This document shows, piece by piece, positions 19,796 to 30,106 of a stretch of DNA of 64,000 nucleotides. The stretch comes from an uncultured virus (IMG/VR IMGVR_UViG_3300005683_000013). Lineage: Duplodnaviria > Heunggongvirae > Uroviricota > Caudoviricetes. The notes under the pieces were generated by a model. That model saw only the letters and a program-made list of their open reading frames with translations, did no database searches and was not told the DNA's origin. A program made the translations under genes and the position numbers. Where the stretch lies: the IMG/VR virus record IMGVR_UViG_3300005683_000013; one strand, given 5' to 3'. Each line of letters starts with the position of its first letter. Within the stretch, counting starts at the first letter, position 1.

Positions 19796-20769
19796 TTAGC
19801 GAACCTACGCCATCCAGGAAAATTGGTTGATTGAATCAGTTCCTTTTTGAGTTCTTCAAGATTCAGTTTTCCTGCTCTGTGAGAGAGCAGAATCAATGCC
19901 CAGTCTCTCCATTCGTCTTTCAGGTTGTCAAGCGTTACAGATCGTAACTCTTCCTCTGAAGAACACTGACGAGCACGTTTTTGAATCTCGTTCAACACAT
20001 CAACTGGTGGGAACTCTGTAATTGCTGGCATTTCTTCGTGAGCAGTATAACCATGATAAGCCGCTGCACTCATCATCTTCTCACACATAGCAAAGTGCTT
20101 TTCATAAATGTGCAAAGAGTTGCTGATATGCTTATATGAACCAAGTTCTACACCCAGTTCAAGAGCCAACAGTTCTTGAAAAAACGTAAATGCTGGAACG
20201 TCATAACTCAATCCAAAGATCAAATCGGTTGATCTCATGTTTGCAACACAATGAAGTTTGTTGTCTCTGATGAAATATTGTAGAGTCAATGTGCAAGGAA
20301 CGTCCAATTTTGCATGATGCGAATCATCAGGCGTTCTGATGTGAATCACGGCACGGCGAGAATCTCTATCTTTTTTCAATTCATCAATCACGTACTGCCA
20401 TTGAGTAAACAGTCCATTGGCGACCCTGGGATGTGTCTTGAATATTCGAGCGCCATAAGCTGAATTAGCCGTTGTGCCATCGTCTGAAATGTTTTTCCAG
20501 AACGACGAATAGTTGGAAATCCATTCCGTTGAGTTTTCACCAAGCGTATACCACAACAACTCAGCAACAAGATATTGAATGCTAAATTCACGCTCTGGAA
20601 TGTAGAGAAGTCTGTTTCGTGGATTTGTTATCTCAAATTGAACAGCGAGATTCTCGTAAATCTTCATGCCGCGCGGTGCTGACTCATATTCATGATAGTA
20701 ATAAACGTCATTAATCAAATCGTAATAACAATCTGTAAAATTTGAATACACTTTATTTAGTTTCATCAA
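19792..20769 (-). CDS. Thymidylate synthase homolog, probable dCMP-modifying enzyme (hydroxymethylase-type)
   Basis: SRRA, PCT, MRSTD, SLHIY; Asp at the substrate-specificity position (GLSYDV). Confidence 0.75.
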   Translation of the reverse strand: MMKLNKVYSNFTDCYYDLINDVYYYHEYESAPRGMKIYENLAVQFEITNPRNRLLYIPEREFSIQYLVAELLWYTLGENSTEWISNYSSFWKNISDDGTTANSAYGARIFKTHPRVANGLFTQWQYVIDELKKDRDSRRAVIHIRTPDDSHHAKLDVPCTLTLQYFIRDNKLHCVANMRSTDLIFGLSYDVPAFTFFQELLALELGVELGSYKHISNSLHIYEKHFAMCEKMMSAAAYHGYTAHEEMPAITEFPPVDVLNEIQKRARQCSSEEELRSVTLDNLKDEWRDWALILLSHRAGKLNLEELKKELIQSTNFPGWRRFAK

Positions 20770-20775
20770 TTTCTC

Positions 20776-21723
20776 CTAGAACAAACGTGAATTGATTGCC
20801 CAGTCTCGAGTCATTTTTAGACCATCCCAAAATGGGACAACAAGTTTCCAACCCAAAATTTTACGTGCAAGAGACATGTCTGCTTTTGTTACGAGCACGT
20901 CGCCTTTTCTTGCAGGTGCATTTTCAATCTGACAATTTGGGAATTCCTGTTTAAACCATTTTAGAATTTCATTATTTGAAACGCCACCTTCAGAACCAGC
21001 ATTAAACGTTACTCCATTAAAACGATCCTTATGTTTTGCACATCTGACAAATACGTCAACAACGTTATCAACGTATGTCATATCTTTGCTTTGTTCACCA
21101 GTACCGTCTGACCGTAATGGTTTATTGTGTTTTGCGGCATATAACCAAGATGAGATTGCGGTGCTATACGCACTCTTACCAAGTTGATTCGGTCCGAAAA
21201 CATTGAACGGTCGAACTGAAACAGTGTCAAGACCATAAAGATCGCCAAACATCTTGCAGAACGTCTCGACCGTTGCTTTTTGCAAAGCATATGGCGACAT
21301 AGGTTTGTGTTCAGAGTGTTCTGGGGTTGGCAAGAGTGAAGCAAGACCATAAACAGATGACGATGACGTGTTTATAAATCGCCCAACATTACCCTTGGCC
21401 GCTTCCAACAATTGAACAACTTTGCTGATGTTATTTTTTGTTGTTTCGTACGGATGCTCAACAGAATAACTTACTCGTGGTGTTGCAGCAAGATGAAATA
21501 TTGTCTGATAACGTTGTTGATGTATCTTGTGTAAGACTGTTTCATTAGTGTAATCACAATAATAAATGTCAACATCTTTGCCAGTGTTACCTTTTGGTAT
21601 AAACACTGCATGTCCAGAACTAAGATCATCAACAACGTCTACATAGTATCCTTCTTGAACCAATCGTGAAGCAAGATTACTGCCAATAAATCCTGCTCCA
21701 CCTGTAACCAAAACTTTTTCCAT
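20776..21723 (-). CDS. NAD-dependent nucleotide-sugar epimerase/dehydratase
   Basis: TGGAGFIGS, SSSSVYG, YALQK, FNVFGP. Confidence 0.92.
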   Translation of the reverse strand: MEKVLVTGGAGFIGSNLASRLVQEGYYVDVVDDLSSGHAVFIPKGNTGKDVDIYYCDYTNETVLHKIHQQRYQTIFHLAATPRVSYSVEHPYETTKNNISKVVQLLEAAKGNVGRFINTSSSSVYGLASLLPTPEHSEHKPMSPYALQKATVETFCKMFGDLYGLDTVSVRPFNVFGPNQLGKSAYSTAISSWLYAAKHNKPLRSDGTGEQSKDMTYVDNVVDVFVRCAKHKDRFNGVTFNAGSEGGVSNNEILKWFKQEFPNCQIENAPARKGDVLVTKADMSLARKILGWKLVVPFWDGLKMTRDWAINSRLF

Positions 21724-21760
21724 CTATGCAAATTTATCAAATAATTTGCAACTGTTCAAT

Positions 21761-23413
21761 TCATGACTTGATGACGCTTGCTCTAAACGTGTCAGGGAAC
21801 AACAGACGATTCTGTCGATAAAACGTTTCCCAACATTCATCTAAGATATACGTCTCCGCGTGATCCATGTCATTTCTAATAGAACGACCAGCGGCTTGAA
21901 TGATTGATCTGACAGTTACGTACGGATACCAATTCTTGTCGCGTTCCATTCTTTTTTTAACACCTGCATCTCCCATGTAAGGAAATGGCATTTTACAAAA
22001 AATTTGAAATCTACTAAGATCATCTTTTAGGTCGACACCTTCAAGCATTGATGGAGAAACCAAAACAGTGGGTTCTGATGATTCATAGTGTTTTTGTAAA
22101 ATCATGTCCCTGTTTGATTCGTCTTGTATTAACAATCGTGGATCTTTTATGTTGTCTCGAATGTAATTAACAATCTTCCAATTAATCCCGTGTATGATTC
22201 CCTTGTCTGTAGCATGGGCGTTCAATAACTCCTTAATGACCATCACCATGTTTGGCAACGTTGTCATGATTGAATCTGCTGACATCTTTCCAACTGGAAA
22301 ATAGTGAACTGGTCGATTCTCCACAGGAAACGGCGAAGGAATTGAAATGAATTCGCACTGTTCAGCATCAATTCCTAAAGACCTGCAAAAAATGTCTTTA
22401 TCGATGATCGTCGCAGACATCAATAGGACGTATTGACCAAACTTAAACAATGATTCGTGACTGAATCCCGACACGTCAATCGTTTTAAACTCAAACTTTC
22501 GAAACCCACGTTTGTTTTTTACTCGATCTTCGTTTTTTAGAACGTTCATCACCCAATTTTCTGCATTATATGTCTCAAGAAATCGATTGACTTTGCATAT
22601 GTGTTTATCTAACATATCATACTGTTTTGCAAAATCACCGAACCCCGCTGACCCACTTATCAAATTTGACTCAATTGCCTTTTCAATGCTCTTTATGTAT
22701 TTGACGAGTGCAGTTCGATATTGTTTTCCAATCCAATCAACAACGTCTTGTTGCGTCTTCAATGTTGGCACTTTGCATTTTAAAACATCTTTTGCAAAAC
22801 GTTCAGAAAACGTCACTTCCACGTGTGATGACAAAACCTCAGCAGTGTTGTGTGCTTCATCAATGACAAGTAAATTTCGTGGTTCTAACTTTCCAGCGTA
22901 CGACGTCTCTGATAGAAAGTATGGAAAATTAGTGATTCCAAGAAAAGCGTTGATAAATGCCTGTTTATCAAGCGTGTATCCACATTGTGTCTTGCAACAC
23001 TTTGCAAAGTCAGTGCCTTCAAGTTGTTTGCCTAGTTTTGCTAGAACTCTCTTTGATTCACCACATGATTGATTTATGTGATGTTTGCATTGATAGTTGC
23101 TTGCAGACTTGATTGTGTGCATCCCAATGCGTGAAAAATCACGCATGTATTGTTCTTGCAATATTTTTTGTGTCGTCAAAATGTATGCACCGGGAGTGAT
23201 TCCTGGGCCCAACGACATGTATTCATTAATAAAATTAGCGACTGTGACAGCAATGGCTGATTTTCCGCCGCCGACTCCGACTTCTGCTATACAATAGCGT
23301 TTGTTTTTATTTACGAATGCGTTCAACACAAAATTAATTGCTGTTTCTTGTTCTGCACGAACTTCTTTGAGTGGAAAGAACTTACGCCAATGTTCAATCG
23401 TGATTTCTTTCAC
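21761..23413 (-). CDS. DinG/XPD-family SF2 helicase
   Basis: GGGKS, Cys cluster, DEAH, MSAT, EGVD, QAAGRSIR. Confidence 0.9.
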   Translation of the reverse strand: MKEITIEHWRKFFPLKEVRAEQETAINFVLNAFVNKNKRYCIAEVGVGGGKSAIAVTVANFINEYMSLGPGITPGAYILTTQKILQEQYMRDFSRIGMHTIKSASNYQCKHHINQSCGESKRVLAKLGKQLEGTDFAKCCKTQCGYTLDKQAFINAFLGITNFPYFLSETSYAGKLEPRNLLVIDEAHNTAEVLSSHVEVTFSERFAKDVLKCKVPTLKTQQDVVDWIGKQYRTALVKYIKSIEKAIESNLISGSAGFGDFAKQYDMLDKHICKVNRFLETYNAENWVMNVLKNEDRVKNKRGFRKFEFKTIDVSGFSHESLFKFGQYVLLMSATIIDKDIFCRSLGIDAEQCEFISIPSPFPVENRPVHYFPVGKMSADSIMTTLPNMVMVIKELLNAHATDKGIIHGINWKIVNYIRDNIKDPRLLIQDESNRDMILQKHYESSEPTVLVSPSMLEGVDLKDDLSRFQIFCKMPFPYMGDAGVKKRMERDKNWYPYVTVRSIIQAAGRSIRNDMDHAETYILDECWETFYRQNRLLFPDTFRASVIKS

Positions 23414-23559
23414 TTTTTCACCTCAGAAATTCGTTTTGCTCGCCAACGTTCAATCATAACAGACACTTTACTGTCTTCCTCTGACAAGAACCCACTGTCA
23501 AGTCCTTCTTGAATTTGCTTTATCAACTCTTCGTTCTTTTTGCCTTCTGAATCGCTCAT
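23410..23559 (-). CDS. Small hypothetical protein (49 aa); not in ORF track
   Basis: Fills the gap with 4-nt overlaps at both ends. Confidence 0.5.
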   Translation of the reverse strand: MSDSEGKKNEELIKQIQEGLDSGFLSEEDSKVSVMIERWRAKRISEVKK

Positions 23560-24872
23560 AGCAAACCCATTATTTTCATCATTGCTGGTGTTGTTTTCTC
23601 ATATGAACAACGATTACGAACAACTTCACGTAAGTTTTGAACGCCTTCAACAAGATAATCAGGACTGCAACGTCTGTTGTTTTTAAACTTGATCACATCA
23701 TCAATCAATTGACACGTAACATCAACAATATTAGAGAAGTCTTCCTTTGCCAACCAGTGGCTCACAGAAGCCTCTCGAGCGATTCGAGAATATTCATTAC
23801 AGTCAAGCCACAGTGGAATACATCCCAATTCAATGCATTCTCGGGCAGCCGTCCCGCCGTACGTGTCAACTGTATAAAATCCTCCAACGATATCACTAAT
23901 TGTTGCAATTAAACGATATTCATCACGATTTGGTGCATCTGGCACAATGTTTAGATGTGCAGGACATAGTGTTGACACTTCACTATTTGAAAACTTTTGT
24001 GATGGGTTTCCAGTGATGACAACAAAATCCTGACGTCGCTTCCAAATCTCTGGAATGATGTCAAACACAAACTTGCCACAATTAGTGTAATCAGAGCTTC
24101 TACCTCGCCCACCAATTCGATTGGGAACAAACAACACGACTTTATCTCTTGTTTGATTTACGATATTTGTCAAATCAAACCTAACGTTTTTTAGGTCTGG
24201 TTTTTGTGTGATTTCGCTGACAGAATACCCATCATCCCATGGCAACGATTTAGCTTTTACTTCTTCAACAACGTGAGGCTGACACTCTTTTGACATTGAA
24301 TCAAAAAACACGTTCATTGAAGTCTCACATTGCCAGAAATTGAAATCAGCCTTTCGGGCCGCCTCAACTTGACCCTGCCACAATGAAGCTTCTGTTGGAA
24401 ACTTTGGACATTCAGGATTGTCGATAAAATGTGAATGCACAAAAAACTTTGGCATGTATTTGCCATAAAGAAAAAACAACGCTCTATAATTTCGTAGTAG
24501 CATTGGATCATTTACGTAAACAGCATCATACTTTACTAGTCGTTTTCTAAAAAGAAGAGTTGTAAGTTCAGACATGTTAAAATCATAACGCGTTGCAAGA
24601 GCGTTAGGTATGATATATGTTGGAAGCCAGCGCACTCGTTTAGTATCAAAAAGATCTGGAACAATTTTGTGTGGTGAAGTTCTGACCTGCGATTCGTGAG
24701 GACCAATTACGTCAATCATTAGATCTTTATTCAACTTCAACATTTCACGAATTCTACCAAAGCACATTTGAAATCCTGAGTCAGCCTCAAGGATAAACAT
24801 GCCATTTGCATCATAGTTTGACAATTGAAGTTGCACTAACAAGTGTTGAGTCATGTGTTCAATCCTATTCAT
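23556..24872 (-). CDS. Divergent GT-B glycosyltransferase (candidate DNA glycosyltransferase)
   Basis: DSGFQ, YVNDP, HSHF, VPNRI, DTYGGTAARECIELGCIP. Confidence 0.65.
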   Translation of the reverse strand: MNRIEHMTQHLLVQLQLSNYDANGMFILEADSGFQMCFGRIREMLKLNKDLMIDVIGPHESQVRTSPHKIVPDLFDTKRVRWLPTYIIPNALATRYDFNMSELTTLLFRKRLVKYDAVYVNDPMLLRNYRALFFLYGKYMPKFFVHSHFIDNPECPKFPTEASLWQGQVEAARKADFNFWQCETSMNVFFDSMSKECQPHVVEEVKAKSLPWDDGYSVSEITQKPDLKNVRFDLTNIVNQTRDKVVLFVPNRIGGRGRSSDYTNCGKFVFDIIPEIWKRRQDFVVITGNPSQKFSNSEVSTLCPAHLNIVPDAPNRDEYRLIATISDIVGGFYTVDTYGGTAARECIELGCIPLWLDCNEYSRIAREASVSHWLAKEDFSNIVDVTCQLIDDVIKFKNNRRCSPDYLVEGVQNLREVVRNRCSYEKTTPAMMKIMGLL

Positions 24873-24944
24873 TTAGTGAACGGTGTACAAACAAAATTCG
24901 CCAGATCAAATTGACCTAGCGAACTAAAACGTAAATAAACGTTG

Positions 24945-25160
24945 TTACTTTTTTTCGTGAAATGGTGTCTTGGCAGATTCCCTATATCTTATTTTATCAA
25001 CATAAATGTAACTTCCATACACACGTTGACTAGTTGAAATGAGACGATGTTTTGAAATGACACCGCAAATAGGACATTCTACATCGACGATGTCAGCAAT
25101 TGACTTTTCAACCTCAAACTCTCCGCAACCATGGTTACACTCATATTCATAGATTGCCAT
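24945..25160 (-). CDS. FmdB-type zinc ribbon protein
   Basis: MAIYEYECNHGCGEFE...CPICG...RLIS. Confidence 0.85.
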   Translation of the reverse strand: MAIYEYECNHGCGEFEVEKSIADIVDVECPICGVISKHRLISTSQRVYGSYIYVDKIRYRESAKTPFHEKK

Positions 25161-25301
25161 TTTACCGCTTCACAACCTTAAATGATGTGATCCACTCAAT
25201 AAATAGGACAATCATAACAAATACCCATTTCAATATCTCAACTACGACAGGATGCAACAATACTGCGAGTAAAACAAAAATCAAAATCTTTTCTAAACTT
25301 G

Positions 25302-25508
25302 TCATTTGACGTCTTCTTTCTGATCGTTAATCCATTCTAGAATAAATTCAGCAAGTTGTTTAGCTTCACCAATGCTATCTTTATCAAAGACAAGCGTTGC
25401 AGTTTCAAACTTTTTATAATCAGTCCAAACAGTGATAGCTAACGTAGATTTATTAACGTCAACATCATATCCTTCGTTGAGATGAGGGACATTAATTTCA
25501 TAAATCAT
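25302..25508 (-). CDS. Small paralog family member 1
   Basis: AKQLAEFILEW motif. Confidence 0.65.
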   Translation of the reverse strand: MIYEINVPHLNEGYDVDVNKSTLAITVWTDYKKFETATLVFDKDSIGEAKQLAEFILEWINDQKEDVK

Positions 25509-25711
25509 CCTTCTATCTCCTTTTGAGAATCAGCCCAGTCTAAAATGAATTGTGCAAGCTTTTTTGCATCTTCTGCATGACGTTTAGCAAACACATACGT
25601 CGCAGTTTGATAGTCATCTTGATTACAAACTGTGATAACCAATCCAGATTTTTCACATGTTTCAACACATAAAGTTTCATCAGATCGTACCTGAAAATCA
25701 ATCATCGTCAT
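25505..25711 (-). CDS. Small paralog family member 2
   Basis: ETCEKSGLVIT...DAKKLAQFILDW. Confidence 0.65.
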   Translation of the reverse strand: MTMIDFQVRSDETLCVETCEKSGLVITVCNQDDYQTATYVFAKRHAEDAKKLAQFILDWADSQKEIEG

Positions 25712-26082
25712 TCTGACACCTGACCAATCGCTCTAATCGTACATGGATCACTATCGTTATGTACTTCATAACAACAAACGACGCCAGACCACTTTACGCC
25801 ATCACGTTTAGCGCTAAATCTTTGTGTGACAATCTCATAATCGCGACATCCTTTTCCTTCACCACCTTGAAAAACAATATTCGTGTAGTTTTGTTTTTCA
25901 AGCGTCGCATTTGGATTTGGATAGACTGGGTTTCCACAACTGGAAAACAGAATAAACAATAAGAACATGCACAAAACTAACACGAGAGTTTTACCAATCG
26001 TAAGATCATCACAAAAATCAAGTATCAATTCCAAGAATTTCCATGCAGAACGACTTAAAAATTTCTTAAATGACGTCATCAT
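25708..26082 (-). CDS. Putative lipoprotein/membrane protein
   Basis: Hydrophobic stretch ending FSSC; GVVCC. Confidence 0.55.
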   Translation of the reverse strand: MMTSFKKFLSRSAWKFLELILDFCDDLTIGKTLVLVLCMFLLFILFSSCGNPVYPNPNATLEKQNYTNIVFQGGEGKGCRDYEIVTQRFSAKRDGVKWSGVVCCYEVHNDSDPCTIRAIGQVSE

Positions 26083-26290
26083 TACATGTCTCCAATTGAT
26101 TGTTTACCCAGTCTAAAATGAATTGTGCAAGCTTTTTTGCATCAGTGACGTGTTGTTTATCAAACACATACGTTGTATCTTCGTGATGATAAGCGAATTG
26201 GTTATAAATTGTAATAACCAGACCAGATTTTTCGCATGTTTCAATAGACAAATTTTCTATAGGTGTTGCTTCAAATTCAATCATTGACAT
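26066..26290 (-). CDS. Small paralog family member 3
   Basis: ETCEKSGLVIT...DAKKLAQFILDW. Confidence 0.65.
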   Translation of the reverse strand: MSMIEFEATPIENLSIETCEKSGLVITIYNQFAYHHEDTTYVFDKQHVTDAKKLAQFILDWVNNQLETCNDDVI

Positions 26291-26315
26291 TTTGAAATTT
26301 TTCCTAATGACATGA

Positions 26316-26849
26316 CTAACCAACGTCAAGTTGGCTGATGATTTCATTGACTTCTCTATCTAGATTTTGATCATCAACGACAACTGTGATAACTTTGCAC
26401 CGAGTGTAAAACTTAGCAAATTCCCAGTATTTGTGATCAATGATTGATAACGCAACTGAATCCAGTCTGTTTGGATCAATATCGTCAACAATTCCAGTAT
26501 AAGAACTTCTACGACAAAAAACATGAACAGCACCAAGTGCAGCATAACTTGCGTCAAGATATCGAAGCACTTGATGATCTGCTTGTCGATTAAAATACTG
26601 TGAATACACAATTTCACAAGGATACCCTCGATCAAAGATGACACTATGACCTGTTTGCTTTAGAAAATCAAGCATCCTAGTGTCAGAGTACCTTGTGGCC
26701 ATGACAAACTTGTCAGACGATTTTAGAAAATTCTCATGTTCGTTTGATGCTTTAAATGTTGGGATTGACAATCTTTTTGAAAGTTCTGCAGCAATATGCG
26801 TCTTTCCTGTCATGTCAGAGCCAATAAACGTGATAATTTGTTGCTTCAT
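26316..26849 (-). CDS. dNMP kinase (thymidylate kinase-like)
   Basis: GSDMTGKT P-loop, FDRG. Confidence 0.8.
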   Translation of the reverse strand: MKQQIITFIGSDMTGKTHIAAELSKRLSIPTFKASNEHENFLKSSDKFVMATRYSDTRMLDFLKQTGHSVIFDRGYPCEIVYSQYFNRQADHQVLRYLDASYAALGAVHVFCRRSSYTGIVDDIDPNRLDSVALSIIDHKYWEFAKFYTRCKVITVVVDDQNLDREVNEIISQLDVG

Positions 26850-27373
26850 GGATTCAATGCCTCAAGTTCTTCAAACGTGATGTAACTGCCTAAAGTGCCA
26901 CAACCTTTTTTCACATGACCTAACTCTGCAGAGAACACAAGATACTTTGCTCGTTTTTCATCAATTTTAATGATTTCGCCAACAACAAGTTTTGATAGAT
27001 CTCTTGCATTATTAAACTTGACAAGGTCACCAATAGATTTTTTAGCGACAATGGAATTATCTTCAATCCATTTTTTGATGACTATGTCATACGCATCATC
27101 ACGAAAACGAGGAACGTCATCAATGATGTCTTCAAGTGTATCGTCAATTGTCCAGCTATTCTGATCTAGACTCTTACAAATCTGAAATCGTTCATCTTCA
27201 TAATCAATTGCTTGACTGATTGATTTACGAATTTGAGAAACGTATTCTTCGTCATTTACGACTTCAGGATCTTCACTCGCAAGATACTTGATAATTTTTG
27301 GCATGAGCTTATCAAGAGTGAGTTCTAACACTTCTGAACTGTAATATGCAGGTCGTTGATTCTGATGTTCCAT
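26846..27373 (-). CDS. Hypothetical protein
   Basis: 175-aa ORF with promoter-like sequence upstream. Confidence 0.6.
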   Translation of the reverse strand: MEHQNQRPAYYSSEVLELTLDKLMPKIIKYLASEDPEVVNDEEYVSQIRKSISQAIDYEDERFQICKSLDQNSWTIDDTLEDIIDDVPRFRDDAYDIVIKKWIEDNSIVAKKSIGDLVKFNNARDLSKLVVGEIIKIDEKRAKYLVFSAELGHVKKGCGTLGSYITFEELEALNP

Positions 27374-27380
27374 GGTCAGA

Positions 27381-27408
27381 ATCTAACACACGATAACGCA
27401 ATTTACAA
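27381..27408 (-). promoter_or_regulatory. Putative early promoter TGTAAA-N16-TAGATT
   Basis: Same architecture near 910-937 (TGTAAA-N16-TATGAT); weaker matches near 38983-39006 and 49820-49847. Confidence 0.45.
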
Positions 27409-27434
27409 AATCAGTTATCGTGTGTGATAATGTA

Positions 27435-29045
27435 TTATTCTTGTTCTAAGTCTCTCGACAGAGATGCAACAATATCTTTAGGAGTGTTTGGGTTCTTGGC
27501 TATAAGTTTTCTTGTGTAATATGATTCATGTCCACTTAACTTTGTAAGAACGTCTGATGGAGTGTTAGGATTTGACACGACGTTGTTAATGACTGCATCA
27601 TGTGTGTCAGTTGATAACATACGTAAAATTTCTTGAGGCGTAGAATTATTTTTTGCAATGCTCATTCTAATCTGAAAATCTTTATCTTTTGCTGCTCGTT
27701 GCAACATTTCAATTGGAACATCAGGGCGTTCAAGTATTATTGATCGTATGTTGTCTCTTTCAGAAGGAGACATGTTCTTGTCGTTGAGCATTGTTTGTAA
27801 AACACTCCATGGAGTTTCAACACGTTTAGCAATTGCTATTTTTTCAGTTGTGTCTCCGCTGGCGTGTTGTTGTAAAAATGTAACTGGAAATTTAATTCTA
27901 GGAGCGTAAATCAATACGTATTTTGTCAAACGAATGGATGTTTTCATCATGTCTAACATGATATTTTCTGGAATCCATTTTGCTCTAGCGACAGCTTCTA
28001 GATTTTGATCTTCACCGTCTTTTACAAGTCGTTTCACAATTTCTATAGGAATCTTGTGTTCAGAATTCATTAAGATATACCAATAAAATTCTGGCCACCA
28101 TTTCGCTATCTGTAGCAATTGTTCAGATGTTATCCAAGATTTCCTAGAAATAATTGACGCAAAATTATACCTTTCATCTTCGTCAGATAAAAGCTTTTTC
28201 AAAACATCAATTGGCATAGGATGTTCAGATTTTTCTAAAACTACCTTATACGCTTCAACAGTTCGCTCTGATTCTGGAAGTTGTTCTATTGTTATTTCGC
28301 CATTTATTAGTTTTGTCAAATTGCTTTTCGGCGCAGATTCTGCAGCAATTTTTGCAATCTTCAACACTTGCTGAAGATTTTTCACATCTTGTAAAGGTTC
28401 TGGATTTTTAAATTCTGTATCTTCTGCATCAAAATATTGATGTTGAATGATCTTATTATCAATGTCTCTTTGAAAAACAAGAGCAACTTTATAGTTTGAA
28501 TCTTCTTTATCTAAGTCTTTGCGCAACAGATAAATCAAAATAACATTTCTTGAAGTATAGTCTTCAAAATATTTTTGATCTCTCATGGTGACACACCATT
28601 TTGTTCCAGATCCATAAGAGCATGACGCTTCTTTGCTAATGATATGAACTAGCAAAACTTGTTCATCTTCGTATAATTTTTTTGAACCGCTTGCTTTCAA
28701 GTCTTTCTTATTTGCAGTCTTAGATTTTCCACCTGTCAATTGTTGAAGTTCGAATAATCGTTCTCTAAGCTCAGTGAAATTCTTCCATGAATTTATATCA
28801 CGTTCAGACACGTCTAATTTGTTCTGAAATTTATGAAACAATTCTATAACATCACCAATCTCTGGTGCTAAAGCCTTTCCTGAAACTAAGACGTTAGTTG
28901 CATACTCCAAATATTTCTTAGTTGATGTAGGATCTCTTTTTGATAGCTCTTCAATGTCCTGTTCGTATTCAGGATATTTTGTTTGCAAGTTCTCAAGTTT
29001 ACCTTCGGCAAGAAATGGAATGATAGAACGTCGTAAAATTCTCAT
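27435..29045 (-). CDS. PcfJ-like domain + leucine-rich-variant/HEAT repeat protein (paralog A)
   Basis: YGSGTKWCVT core; repeats IAKNNSTP, VVSNPNTP, IAKNPNTP. Confidence 0.7.
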   Translation of the reverse strand: MRILRRSIIPFLAEGKLENLQTKYPEYEQDIEELSKRDPTSTKKYLEYATNVLVSGKALAPEIGDVIELFHKFQNKLDVSERDINSWKNFTELRERLFELQQLTGGKSKTANKKDLKASGSKKLYEDEQVLLVHIISKEASCSYGSGTKWCVTMRDQKYFEDYTSRNVILIYLLRKDLDKEDSNYKVALVFQRDIDNKIIQHQYFDAEDTEFKNPEPLQDVKNLQQVLKIAKIAAESAPKSNLTKLINGEITIEQLPESERTVEAYKVVLEKSEHPMPIDVLKKLLSDEDERYNFASIISRKSWITSEQLLQIAKWWPEFYWYILMNSEHKIPIEIVKRLVKDGEDQNLEAVARAKWIPENIMLDMMKTSIRLTKYVLIYAPRIKFPVTFLQQHASGDTTEKIAIAKRVETPWSVLQTMLNDKNMSPSERDNIRSIILERPDVPIEMLQRAAKDKDFQIRMSIAKNNSTPQEILRMLSTDTHDAVINNVVSNPNTPSDVLTKLSGHESYYTRKLIAKNPNTPKDIVASLSRDLEQE

Positions 29046-29071
29046 GTTAGTACTTATCGTTCATCGGTATG

Positions 29072-30106
29072 TCAAGTTCGTATCTCTTTTAGTTTAAAGG
29101 CACTCGTGGAATACCCAAAATCACTCTTGTCGAGCTCGGCAACGTAAGGACAATTCTTTTTTATCTTTTCTGGGTCACCGCCGTTCCAGCAGAATATTTT
29201 CTGTTGCTTACTATTGTTTCCAACTGCTGAAATTAGAAGATAGTTCTTGCCGTTCTTTGTTTGTTTTAGAACAACGTCTGTCACAACAAACCAGTATATT
29301 TCTTTGTTTTCCCATTCTTCAATTGACTTGACACCCATACGTTGTAGCTTGCTTCGCAACTCGTCAGACACAAGAATATCAAGATTTAGGTCACCAACTA
29401 GTTCTTTGTAAAAATCAATACGTTCTTCTTTCGTCCACTCTTCTATTCCCTCAGTTGATTTCAACAACATGTCAAAGTTTTTGCGGCCGAGATTGGGTTC
29501 TTTTTTTGTTGTCTTTTTGATCAAATCCATGTTTTCAACAAGAATATGATGCATGTGTTTATAAGACGAAAAGGTCTTGCCCTCGCCGATCAAATCCATT
29601 GATTGGAACGCCCCGAGTTTAATCAACGATTCAAATCCACGTTTATTGAACTTAGAATGTTTCCACGAACCATCAGCGTTCCACAATAAATCATAGATGT
29701 TTTTATAAGGTCGATGTTCAAAAATCTCATCGACTGCGGCTTCGCCAACGCCTTTGCAAGTCAAAAAAGATGGCATAAGACGCTTGTTAGGCAGCACACT
29801 CCAATCTTTTGTCGCGATATTGATATCAATTGGAACGATCTTGTATCCTAGTGACTTTATCTCACTAATTGCACGTTCCTTGTCTTCTAGGTTTCCAGAC
29901 ATCGTTTCAAGGTATGCACACAACCATTCAGGTTCATAGTGTGTCAATAACCACGCGCAATAATAGGAATCGATGGCGTACGATACGGCATGAGAATTTG
30001 ACGTAAGAACACCATTTGACAAATAAAATTGATGATCTGGATGATCAATTTCTAGATCACACGTTTCATCATACCCAATAAACGTGACAGATTCAATGTT
30101 TGTCAT
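29072..30106 (-). CDS. dnaE: DnaE fragment 5 with N-terminal IntC (29996-30106)
   Basis: ...DLEIDHPDHQFYLSNGVLTSN/SHAVSYAIDSY; KGVG HhH motif. Confidence 0.9.
   Translation of the reverse strand: MTNIESVTFIGYDETCDLEIDHPDHQFYLSNGVLTSNSHAVSYAIDSYYCAWLLTHYEPEWLCAYLETMSGNLEDKERAISEIKSLGYKIVPIDINIATKDWSVLPNKRLMPSFLTCKGVGEAAVDEIFEHRPYKNIYDLLWNADGSWKHSKFNKRGFESLIKLGAFQSMDLIGEGKTFSSYKHMHHILVENMDLIKKTTKKEPNLGRKNFDMLLKSTEGIEEWTKEERIDFYKELVGDLNLDILVSDELRSKLQRMGVKSIEEWENKEIYWFVVTDVVLKQTKNGKNYLLISAVGNNSKQQKIFCWNGGDPEKIKKNCPYVAELDKSDFGYSTSAFKLKEIRT

Noticed and set aside
19792..20769. Canonical thyA
   Set aside because: Asp at the specificity position and a separate thyX argue against it
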